Positions 36,501 through 47,800 of a DNA stretch of 64,000 nt are shown here, in pieces. Position 1 is the first letter of the stretch; each line of letters starts with the position of its first letter. Made by a program: the position numbers and the translations under genes. The notes under the pieces are model-generated. The model did no database searches. It saw only the letters and a list, made by a program, of their open reading frames with translations, and was not told the origin of the DNA. Origin of the DNA: Mobula hypostoma (taxonomy: Eukaryota). The stretch covers positions 210,244,001-210,308,000 of the forward strand of contig NC_086097.1 of NCBI RefSeq assembly GCF_963921235.1. The letters run 5' to 3'.

Positions 36501-37910
36501 ACCCATTATAACTGCTGTTCCTTTATTGCACACATTTCTAATTTCCTGTTTAATACCATCTCCGACCTCACTACTACTGTTAGGTGGCCTGTACACAACT
36601 CCCACCAGCGTCTTCTGCCCCTTAGTGTTACGCAGCTCTACCCATATCGATTCCACATCTTCCCGGCTTATGTCCTTCCTTTCTATTGCGTTAATCTCTT
36701 TTTTAACCAGCAACGCCACCCCACCTCCCCTTCCTTCGTGTCTATCCCTCCTGAATATTGAATATCCCTGAACGTTGAGCTCCCATCCCTGGTCACCCTG
36801 GAGCCATGTCTCTGTGATCCCAACTATATCATAATCATTAATAACAATCTGCACTTTCAATTCATCCACCTTATTACGAATGCTCCTTGCATTGACACAT
36901 AAAGCCTTCAGGCACTCTTTTACAACTCTCTTAGCCCTTTTTAATGCTTGCCCTGGATTTGTCGGCCTGCCACTTTTACTTTTCCCCTTTGTACTTTTTG
37001 CTTCTACGCTCACTTTACACCCCTCTGTCTCTCTGCACTGGTTCCCATCCCTCTGTTGTGAACTAACCTCCTCACACCTAGCCGCTTTAATTTGATTCCC
37101 ACCCCATAATGAGACATAATGTCTCAACTCCTATGCTCATTGCTACGACTGAAGGAAACATGCTAAATGTCTTTTTCACCATCCTACTTGGGACATTACT
37201 TCAAATGAGCTATGTATTTGTAGTCCTAGGTCTGGCTGTTCCACTACACTCTATAGTGCCCCACCAATCACAGTATAAGCCCTAGACTGGTTTGCCTTAC
37301 CAAAATGCATCACATCATGCTTAGCTGTATTGAAGTTAATTTGCCACTCCATGGCCCATTCTCCTAACTGGTCAAGAGCTCCTTGTAAATTACAATAACT
37401 TTCTTCACTATCAGTATCTCCTAATTTTGTGTTGTCAACAAACTTGCTGATCAAGCCTTGTGCATCCACATCCAAATTATTTACATAAATAACAAATAGC
37501 AAGGGTCACAACACCACTAGTCACTGGCCTCCATTCCAAGAAACAACCTTCAATCACCAGCCTCTGGGCTAATTTTGGATAAAAGTGGCTAAATCTTACT
37601 GGATTCCATGGGACCTCACCTTCCAGAACAGCCTACCAACTGGGACCTTGCTGAAAGCCTAACTCAACTGCAAACAGAGAACGTACACTGCCCAACCCTC
37701 AGCAACCTCTGATGTTATTTCTTCAAAGAACTCCAAAAGGTTTGTCAAGCATGACATCTCACACACGAAGCCATGCTGACTCCTCCTAATCAGATGCTGT
37801 CTATCTAAATGCTGGCAGATTACAGTATGACCCTTAGAATTCCTTTCAATAACTATTCTACTGCAGATGGACCTATAGTTCCCTGGCTTGTTCTTTCTAC
37901 TATTTTTAAC
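33540..37910 (-). mobile_element. Old CR1 (33540-34010 and 37115-37910) split by CR1 copy 2
   Basis: MRGNFFSQ..WNKLP on the left, LFVIYVNNLD..KFVDNTKLG on the right; the flanks rejoin as CACCTGTAA|CATAATGTCTCAACTCC. Confidence 0.75.
34011..37105 (-). mobile_element. CR1 LINE copy 2, 5'-truncated just after ORF1, ORF2 open (34110-37105)
   Basis: Near-identical reverse complement of ~11729-14822; (TTTCTATG)n tail at 34011-34035. Confidence 0.96.
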
Positions 37911-37929
37911 AACATCTTGTCAAGTAGAG

Positions 37930-38057
37930 ACACAACAGATTCTGCAGAAATCTTGAGCAACACACACAAAATACTGGAAGAACTTAGCAGGTCAGGCAGC
38001 ATCTAAGAAGGGAAATAAACAATTGACATTTCAGGCTCAGACCCTTCACCAAGACTC
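37930..38057 (-). mobile_element. Penelope-like terminal fragment with decayed hammerhead
   Basis: Minus strand AGTCTTGGTGAAGGGTCTGAGCCTGAAATGTCAATT...GATGCTGCCTGACCTGCT, homologous to 29917-30050. Confidence 0.7.
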
Positions 38058-38744
38058 AAGCAAGATGGATTTGAGTGAGAATGTGCCACTCATCAAAGCA
38101 AGATTTAGTCATTGGAGAATTTCATTAAACTAAAAAGATGAAACGTGATTTTCAAGACTAACTGAAAAAAAATCACAAGGTGTTTCTCCCCCAGCCCATC
38201 CCAACCCCTTTTCAAAAGGTTAATTTGTTCTTTTCATTGAATGTTTCTCTGTAGCATATTTGTTTCCTGGAATGATTTTAAATTTCATCAAAACAATCAT
38301 GCATGGTGATGAATAACTCAAATTATACTCCAGGATTTTACTCAGAATCTTGTGTGATTTTCAAAGGGTATTTGCCCACATCCAGCATGCATCTAATTTT
38401 CCTTTTCAGTAAAGAGTAGAAGTTCCACCATGAAATCGATTTATTTAAGTAAGATGGCAATACATTGTCTCTGTCAATGTCACCACTAACACACTGAGCA
38501 GTGAACTCTCATTTTATGACTTTAATTTCAATTCTTGTTCTCTCACCATAGTGGTTGACTAACCTATCATTTTCTGTATTTATTTCAGATATCTAGCTTT
38601 TTTATTTGTTCATTGGAGATGAATGTTGCCAGTTATATTGTCACTTATTGCCCATCCCCATTTGGCTCAGAACTGAGAAGGCCGTTAAAAGTCAACATGG
38701 GTTTGAGGTCTCACCATGTGGCAGATTTCCTCCCCATAAACTTC

Positions 38745-38938
38745 TGTAAAACCAGTGATACTTACTCTTGTCTTGTCCATACTGCACCAACCGCCGCCAC
38801 TGGGCTATAAACATGCAGGAGCAATGTGTAGTTAAGTGCTTTGCTCAAGGACACAACACACTGACTCAGCTGAGGCTCGAACTCGCGACCTTCAGATCAG
38901 TAGTCTAACGTCTTAACCACTTGGCCACGCACCAACAC
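38745..38938 (-). mobile_element. tRNA-derived SINE
   Basis: Minus strand A box TGGCCAAGTGG, B box GTTCGAGCC, followed by GTGTCCTTGAGCAAAGCACTTAAC body. Confidence 0.75.
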
Positions 38939-39064
38939 TTATTGTTACCAAGGTGAGCTTTTCTTATAAAATAAATCCAATTTCCCAAAGTATTAATAAT
39001 TTAAATTATCAGATGTCTTTGGGATTCACAGATAATATTGGAATAAACTATCTGGATGATCTCA

Positions 39065-41390
39065 TCTGAATGGATACACTACGGTTGTCATGAACTTTAT
39101 GAAAACAGTCGTAGATGAATGTGTCCCCTCAAAATCATTCAGAGTCTTCCCCAACCAAAAGCCCTGGATGAACGAAGAGATCCGCAATCTGCTGAGGGCC
39201 ATGTCAGAGGCATTTAAGTCTCGTTACCAAGAAAGTTATAAGAGGGCTAGGTACGATCTCCAGAAAGCCATCTCACAGGCAAAGTGGCAATTCTGGATTA
39301 AACTTGAATCAATGAAAGATACTCGACAGCCGTGGCAGGGCTTGAATGCTATCACCTCTTACAAAGTGAAATCAAGCAACATAGGTGACTAAAGGGCTTC
39401 CAGATGAGTTCAATTCTTTCTATGCTCACTTTGACCATCAAAATATGGAAGAACAATCACAAACCTGATGACAAAATTATTTCAGTCTCTGAGGCTGACA
39501 TGCCAGGAGGGTAAACCCACAGAAAGCATCTGGCCCAGATGTGATACCTGGCCAAGTACTAAAGTCCTGTGCTGATCAACTGGCTGGAGTGTTCATTGAA
39601 GTCTTTAGCCTCTTTGGCAGTCTGATGTACCTATCTGCTTCACGCAGGTTTCAATTATACCAGTGCTTAAAAAGAATGTGGTAACCTGCCTCCGTGACTA
39701 ACATCCAGTAGCAGTTACATCCACTGTGATGAAGCGCTTTGAAAAGTTGGTGATGAAACATATCAACTTCTGACTGAGAAACGACTTGGATTCACTCCAG
39801 TTTGCCTACTGGCACAACAGGTCCACAGCAGATGCCATTTCATTGGCTCTTCACTCAAAGCTGCAACTTATGGACAGCAAAGAAGCCCAAATCAGGATGT
39901 TTTTTACTGACTGCAACTCGGCATTCAACACTAGCTTCTTATGCAATTGGTTCCTTGATTTCCCTTAAAATGGCAGGCAGTTTGGATTGGCAACAACACC
40001 TCTTCTACTATCTCTCTCGGCAAAGGTGCTTCACAAGGTTTTTTACAAAGCCCCCTGCTCTACTCACTTTACACTTATGACTGTGAGGCTAAGCACAACT
40101 CCAATGTCATATTTAGTTTGCTGATGACACCACTATTGGGCAAATCAAAGGTTGTAACGAATCAACATATAGGAGGGAGTTTGAAAATCTGGCTGAGTGG
40201 TGCAACACCAACAAACTCTTTCTTAATGTCAGCAAGACCAAGGAGCTGATTATTGACTTCAGGAGGAAGAAACTGGACATCCAAGGGCCAGTTCTCATCA
40301 GGAGATCTGAGGAGAAGAGGGTCAGCAACCTTAAGTTCCTTAGTGTCATCATTTCAGAGACCTGTCCTGCGCCCAGTACGTAAGTGCAATTATAAAGAAA
40401 GTACAACAGTGCCTCTACTTCCTTAGAAGTTTGAGAAAATTTGGTACGACATCTAAAATTTTGACCAACTTTTATAGATGTGTGGTGAAGAGTAGTGGCT
40501 GCATCACTACTTGGCATAGAAACACAATTGCCTTTGAATGGATAATACTACAAAAGTAGAGGATATGGCCCAGTCCATCACAGGTAAAGCTCTCCCTACC
40601 ATTGAGTACATCTACACAAAAGCTGCATTCATCATCTGGACCCCCAGCATGTTCTCTTCTTGCTGACGCTATCAGGAAGAAGGTACAGGAGCCTCAGGAC
40701 TCACACCACCAGGTTCAGGAACAGGTATTAACCCCCCAGCCATCAGGCTCTTGAACCAAAGGAGATAACTTCACTCAGCTTCACCTGCCCCTTCATTGAA
40801 CTATTCCCACAACCTATGGACTCACTTTCAAGGACTCTTCATCTCATGTTCTCAATATTTATTGATTATTTATTTATTTGTTATTAGTATTTTTGTATTT
40901 GCACAGTTTGTTTTCTTTTGTACACTGTTGTCCACCGTTAGTGCGGTCTTGAATTGAATTCAATTGAATTGACTTGATTTCTTACATCCTTCACATACAT
41001 GAGGAATAAAAATCTTTACGTTACGTCTCCGTCTAAATGTGCAATATGCAACCATAGTAATTTATAATAATTTATAATAAATAGAACAGTCAGTGTACAT
41101 AGAAATACATTCAAATCAGCGTGAGTTAATCAGTTTGATGGCCTTTAAAATATTCTATTATGGTTATTGGATTTATTGAGTGTGTGGCCTCCGTCAGTCG
41201 TGGTCGACCATGGGTACTGCGCCTCTGGTAGTCACTGGGGAGTGCCCCCTCCAGGGCGCAAGCCAGGGCAGAGTCGATATGGAGATCCGTCTGATTTATT
41301 GAGTATATCTGCAAGAAAATGAATCTCAGGGTTATATTTTGTGCCATATATGTACCTTGTAAATAAATTTACTTTGAACTTTGAACTTTT
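39065..41390 (+). mobile_element. Degenerate Rex1/Babar LINE with nested insertions in its 3'UTR
   Basis: FPNQKPW, LQFAY..RSTADAISLALH, D.NSAFNT, FADDTT, NVSKTKELIIDFR. Confidence 0.8.
41182..41292 (-). mobile_element. Short GC-rich retroposed insert (probably the 3' end of an RTE-related element)
   Basis: Flanked by a 12-bp direct repeat GATTTATTGAGT (41170-41181, 41293-41304). Confidence 0.6.
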
Positions 41391-41569
41391 GGATTCTGGC
41401 TGCAAATCCAGCAATTTAATCACTATTATACCCAGGTGCTTGTAGAATTAACTTTGGAAAACCCTTCTATTATTGGGTAGGCAAAACTGAATTTTTAAGA
41501 GATAACTGATTATCTCAAATTTGTGGAACTGTTTTAATCTTCCTGTTCATCATTTTATTCATTTATTAT

Positions 41570-42845
41570 GTGAATATGCATATGCCAGAATGCTCTTCAT
41601 TGACTACAGCTTAGCATTCAACACTATCATCCCCTCAAAACACATCACTAAGCTCCAAGACCTGGGCATTGATTGAGGGCAACTAGAGCCTCAATCTCAT
41701 CACTGATAGACACCAATTGGTACAGTGCGGAACCTCTCACTCAACATCAGCAAAACTAAAGAGCTGATTATTGACTACAGGAGGTAGAATCCAGAGGTCC
41801 ATGTGTTAGTCATCATTTGGAGAATGCAGGTAGAGAGTGTCAGTAGCTGAATTCCTCGATGTTAACATGTCAGAGGATACGTCCTGGACCAGCACACAAG
41901 TGTCATCACAAATCAGGCACAACAGCACCTCTACTGTCTTTGAAGTTCATGCAGATTTAGCACGTCACCAAAATCTTCGACAAACTTCTATAGATACACA
42001 GTGGAGAGTATCCTAACTGGAAGCATAACGGTCTGCCCAGAAATGAAAAGGGCTACAGAGAGTGATGGAGATGGCCCACTCCATCCACCACAGGCAACCT
42101 TTCCCCACCATTGAGTGCATTTACATGGTGGGCTACCACAAGAAAACAGCATCCATCATCAAAGTCCCACCATCCAGACCATGCCCTCTTCTTGCTGCTA
42201 CCATTGGTCAGGTAGCACAGAAGCCTTAGGCCCTATACCACCAGGTTCGGAAACAGTTATTACTCTATTACCATCAGGCTCCTGAACTGGTAAGGATAAT
42301 TACATTTACCACTAATCTAAACTGATTTTATAACCTACAGACTTACTTTCAAGCATTCTTTACAACAACTCATGTTCTCCGTATTAGGGAGAGTTTTTCT
42401 TCCTTCTGTCTGCATGAGATGTGGGACATTTGAGAAACTTTGAACCTTACTGTCCTCACGGACTTCTTCATCAGCTTATGGTATTGTTACAGTGTTTGTA
42501 ACTATATGTTATAATTATGTGGTTTTGTCAGTTTTTTCAGTCTTGGTTTGTCCTGTGTTTTGTGATATCACACCAGAGGAAATAATGTATCATTTCTTAA
42601 TGCTGCATTACTAAATGACAGTAAAAGAGGACTACGTGTCTCCATAATCATCATTATTTGTGCAGCTTGTCTTCTTTCGCACATTGGTTGTTTGTCAGAA
42701 TTTGTTTATGTACAGTTTTTTTTAGTGAAATCTATTACACTTATTTCTTCTCGAATGTCTGCAAGAAAATGAATCTCACAGCAATATATGGGAACATATA
42801 TATAATTTGATAATACATTTACTTTGAGGATTGAACTTGAACTAA
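41570..42845 (+). mobile_element. Rex1/Babar 3' fragment
   Basis: LFIDYSLAFNTIIP, LNISKTKELIIDYR, 3'UTR shared with 39065-41390. Confidence 0.7.
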
Positions 42846-43204
42846 AAGGATCACTTGATGCTACAGACTAGATTTCCCCGCCCTCAGTGAGACAGGGGTT
42901 GTGGGGCGGTGTGGCTTGAAGAGCCAGAACAACTTACTCCATGATGTACCCCTAGTCGGAGGTTAAAATAAAGGAAGTGCATCATCTCTAGTTGAAAATC
43001 ATATTTATGCCACATTGATGCACAATTTCTCCAGGTGATTTCAGCAGTCCTTGTACATCCTATTACCTCAACCAGTCAAGTCACGAAAATATGGCTTGCA
43101 GGAAATTTCTGATCCACTATATCTCTCACAGTTTCCAGTTCCAACACCTCATCAGGTCTTGCCTACCATAATGTGTGCACACCATGGAGAAAACAGAATT
43201 TGAA

Positions 43205-44820
43205 TCAATTCCGTCTATCACCGACAAGCCAGTCAAAAGCTTGGGGAAGGTCTTCGACTATACCCGCAGAGATGCAGCTGCCGTGTGATCAGCTTGAGAG
43301 CTGGCTCACCACGATGGACAAGTCAAGCCTACCTGGAAGGTTCAAAGCCTGGATTAACCAGCATAGCATCCTACCCCGAATCCTGTGGCTGCTACTGGTA
43401 TACGAGGTGCCTGTGACAACTGTGGAGTTGCTGGAGAGGAAGGTCAGTAACTACCTTCGAAGGTGGCTGGGCCTACCTCGTAGTCTGAGCGGTGCAGCAC
43501 TGTACGGAACGTGCAATAAGCTGTCACTTCCCTTCAGCAGCCTGGACGAGGAGTTCAGGGTTTCCCGCACAAGAGAGGTGCTGCAGTACAAGGATTCCAA
43601 GGGCCCTAAAGTGGCAGCAGCAGGCATCCAGGTGCGGACGGACAGGAGGTGGAAGGCTCAGGAAGGGCTGGTGGTAGCAGAGTCCTGGCTGAGACACAGG
43701 GCTTTGGTGGGGACAGTGTCAACTGGGCGAGCAGGGCTGGGCTTTGGTTCACAACCTCGCTATGACAAGGCCAAAGGCAAGGTCAGACACCAACGAGTCC
43801 TGCAGGAAGTGCGGTCTGGCATTGAAGAGGAGAGGAATAGCAGGATGGTGGGCATGCGGCAGCAGGGAGCATGGACAAGATGGGAAGGTGCGCTGGAGCG
43901 GAAAATCTCCTGGTCTGACATCTGGCAGGCAGAACCCCAGTGCATTAAATTTATGATCCAGGCTGTCTATGATCTCTTGCCAAGCCCTGCAAACCTCCAT
44001 GCCAGGGGCAAGAGCGATACACCAGCATGTCCTCTCTGTCCAGGAAGAGGATCACTGGAGCACATCCTTAGCAGCTGCCCTAAAGCCTTGGGGGAAGGTC
44101 GCTACCAGTGGCGTCATGACCAGGTGCTGAAGGCAGTGGCAGAGAGCTTTGTGATGGCCATGACCACCAGCAAACAGGGTGGTCAGAGGAAGAACATCTC
44201 CTTTGTCAGAGCCGGAGCACGGCCCCTACGTCAGCCCAGACCAGCGTCATCATCGGGCCTGCTTAGCACCGCAGCAGATTGGCTGCTTCAAGTTGACCTG
44301 GGGAGGCAGCTGAAGTTTCCCGACCAAAAAGCAACAACTTCACTGAGGCCGGATGTGGTCCTTTCTTCAGTGTCCTTGAAGCAGGTTGTCCTCATCGTGT
44401 TGTCAGTTCCCTGGGAGGACCGCATTGAGGAGGCAAGTGAGTGGAAGTGGGCCAAGTACCAGGAGCTGGTGGATCAGTGCTGGGGACAAGGCTGGGAGGC
44501 TCGCTGTGAGCCCATCGAAGTTGAGTGCAGGGGTTTTGCTGGCCACTCACTCTGCAGAGTCTGCACCCTACTAGGCATCACTGGGTCTGGCAAGAGGAAA
44601 GCTATCAGGACCATCACAGAGGCCGCTGAGAGAGCCTCCAGATGGCTGTGGATCAGGAGGGGAGATCCGTGGGCCAATGTTGTTGGGACACAAGCTGGGG
44701 TCTGATCAACCCTGGCTGGGTCACCTGGGCGGGGGTGTATGATGTTGAAAGACCCAGCACACCCAACGACCCTAGGTTACGTCACTGCTGATGTGTCCCA
44801 GTGCATCCGCAGGCTGTATC
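43205..44820 (+). mobile_element. HERO-clade (RLE-type) non-LTR retrotransposon, 5'-truncated
   Basis: IPSITDKPVKSLGK then LPRILW, LRRWLGLP, CPLC-x8-H-x4-C knuckle, RHD, RPDVVL..VPWED, KWAKY, AERASRWLW; 3'UTR to ~44820. Confidence 0.85.
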
Positions 44821-44847
44821 CCAGAACCAGGATCACAAATTCTATGT

Positions 44848-47800
44848 AATTGAGCGCTGACTAGCGACCAATCCGGACATCAGAAGTTTGAGAGGAGGGG
44901 ATTTCACTCAGGTCCACTGACTGAGTAGAAAAAGGCATCGGCAGATCGCGGCAGTGCAATTGAGATCTGACCAGCAACCAATCGGCGTTTGGAGCAAATT
45001 AAAGGAAAGCAGAGGCCAGCGCTGCGGCCACCATCACAGCTGACAGAGTCAGAGTAACAATCTTCAGGCTTTAGCTCTTCGAAGCTTCAGTAAAGAGAGG
45101 CTTCAGTCAGAGAAACCTAAAAATAAAAAGCTCTAGGCAAATTACACCTGCTCAGTTAGGACAGCAGATATGCCAGGGAGGATAGTTGAATGCTCCCCTT
45201 GTGAGATGTAGGAAGGCAGGGAGACCTCCAGTGACCCTGGTGAGTACATCTGCGAGAAGCGCATCCAACTGCAGCTTCTCCCAATCTGCATTAAGGAGTT
45301 GGAGCATGAACTGGATAAATATTGGATCATTCGTGAGACTGAAGGGGTGATAGGACATATAGAAAGGTAGTTACACACAAGGTGCAGGACACGGGAAACT
45401 GGGTGACAGTCAGGAAGATGAAAGGAGTGCAGAATGCCTCTGTGGCTATTCCCTTCAACAACAGGTAAACCACTTTGGATACTGTTGGGGGGGAACGACC
45501 TAACAGAGGAAAGTCACAGCAGTTGGGTCTCTGGCACTGAGTCTGGCTATGTAACTCAGAAGAGAAGGGAGGAGAAGAGGTGTACTTGGTGATAGGGGAT
45601 TCATTAGTTAAGGAAATGGACAGGAGGTTCTGAGGGCAAGAACAAGATTCCTGGATGATATGTTGCCTCCCTGGTGCCAGGGTCCGGGACATCTTGGATT
45701 GATTCCTTAGCATTCTTAAGTGGGAGGGTGAACAGCTAGAGGTCATGGTCTATTTTGGTACCAATGACATGCGTAGGACAAGTGAAGTTCTCCAGAGGGA
45801 GTTCAGGGAGTTAGGAACTAAGTTAAAGGACAGGATCTCCAAGGTTGCGACCTCAGGATTGCGACCCGTGCCACATGCTAGTGAGGCCAGAGCTAGGAAG
45901 ATCATACAGTTTAACATGTGACTAAGGAGTTGGTGTAGTAGCAAAGACATATGATTTTTGGGTCATTTGGCTTTCTTCCAGAGAAGTTTGGACCTGTATA
46001 AAAGGGTCGGTTTGCACCTGAACTGGAGGGGGTCTAATATCCTAGCAGGAAGGTTTGCTAGTGCTGTATAGTGGGGTTTAAACTAGAGTTGCAGGGGTAT
46101 AGGAACCAGAGTGCCAGAACACTTAGTAGGCAGTTTCTAGGGGCCAATGTTGGTAAGAGCTCAGACAAAATCAGGAATCAAAAGGTTGAGCATGGTGCAA
46201 CTACTGTCCTGAACTGCGTATATCTCTATGTAAGAAGTATCGTACGAGAGGCAGATGACATACCTGGAATTATGATGTTGCAGCCATTAGTGAGACTTGG
46301 TTGCAGGTGGGGCAGGACTGGCAGCTCAATATTCTGGGGTTTTAGACACAACCAAGAGCTAAGGTTTAAAGGAGGAGGGGTGGCTTTACAAGTCAGGGAA
46401 AATGTCACAGCAGTGGTCTGTCAGGACAAACAGGGGAACTCGACTATGGGTGGAACTGAGAAATAAGAAAGGTATAACCATGTTAAAGGGGCTATATTAC
46501 AGACCACCCAACAGTCCGAGGGATTTAGAGGAACAAGTTTGTCAAGAGATCGCTGACTGTTGCAAAAGACATAAGGTTGTTATATAGCTGATTTTAATTT
46601 TCCACATATTGATGGGATATCCCATACTAGATGGGACAGGGTTTGTCAAATATGTTCAGGGAAGTTTCTTCCATCAGTATGTAGAAGTCCTAACAAGACT
46701 GCATGATACTGGATTTGCTATTAGGGAACGTGACAAGGCAGGTGACAGAGGATTGTGTAGGGGAACACTTTGCATCCAGTAATCACAATACCACTAGTTT
46801 CAAAGTAAATATGCAAAAAAGTTAGGTCTGGTCTGTGGGTTGAGATTCTAAATTGGAGAAAGGCCAATTTTGATGGTGCCAGGAATGATATGGCAAGTGT
46901 GGATTGGGTTCAGCTGTTTTCCAACAAAGGTGTACTTGGGAAGTGGGAGGCCTTCAAAAATGAAATTTTGAGACACAAAGCTTGTACAGTATGTACCCAT
47001 CAGACTAAAAGGTAAAGGAAACAAATGTAGGGAACCTTGGATTTCAAGAGATATTGAGGCCCTGGTTAGGAAGAGAAAAGGAGATGCATAGCAGGTATTG
47101 GCAAGTAGGAACAAATGAGGTGCTTATGGAGTGTAAGAAGTGCAAGAGAACACTTAAGAAATAAATCAGGAAGGCTCAAAGAAGGCATGAAGTGGTGCTC
47201 TAGCTGACAAGGTGAAGGACAATCCTAAGGGATTCTACAGATACATTTAGAGCAAAAGGATTGCGAGGGACAAAATTGGTCCTTTGGAAGTCCAGAATGG
47301 TAATCCATGTGTGGAGCCAAAACAGATGAGGGAGATCTTAAATACTTTTTTTTCATCTGAGATGGGCACAAAGTCTATAGAAGTGAAGCAAACCAGCATC
47401 AACTTCATGGCCCCTGTACAGATTACAGAGGAGGAGGTGTTCATTTGCAATCCTCAGGGTGGATAAATCCCTAGGGCCTGATAAGTTGTTCTCTTGGACT
47501 CTAGGGGAGGCAAGTACAGAAATTGCTGGGCCCTAGCAGAGATATTTGAATCATCCTTAGCAGCAGGAGAGGTACCAGAGGATTGGAGGATAGCAACTGT
47601 TGCTCTGCTGTTTAAAAAAGACCCTAAACATAAACCAGGAAATTATAGGCTGGTGAGTCTGACTTCAGTTCTGAGAAAGTTATTGGAAGATATTCTAAGG
47701 AACAGGATATATAAGTACAGGTATCCCCCGCCATCCGAAGGTAGAGCGTTCCTATGAAACAGTTCGTAAGCCGGAATGTCGTAAAGCAAAGAAGCAATTA

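Noticed and set aside
37106..37127. N-terminal MRHYVSL of the 1005-aa ORF
   Set aside because: Starts at a TTG in flanking/filler DNA outside the element; chance in-frame extension.
38860..38935. tRNA gene
   Set aside because: Has A and B boxes but no complete acceptor stem, and continues into a SINE body.
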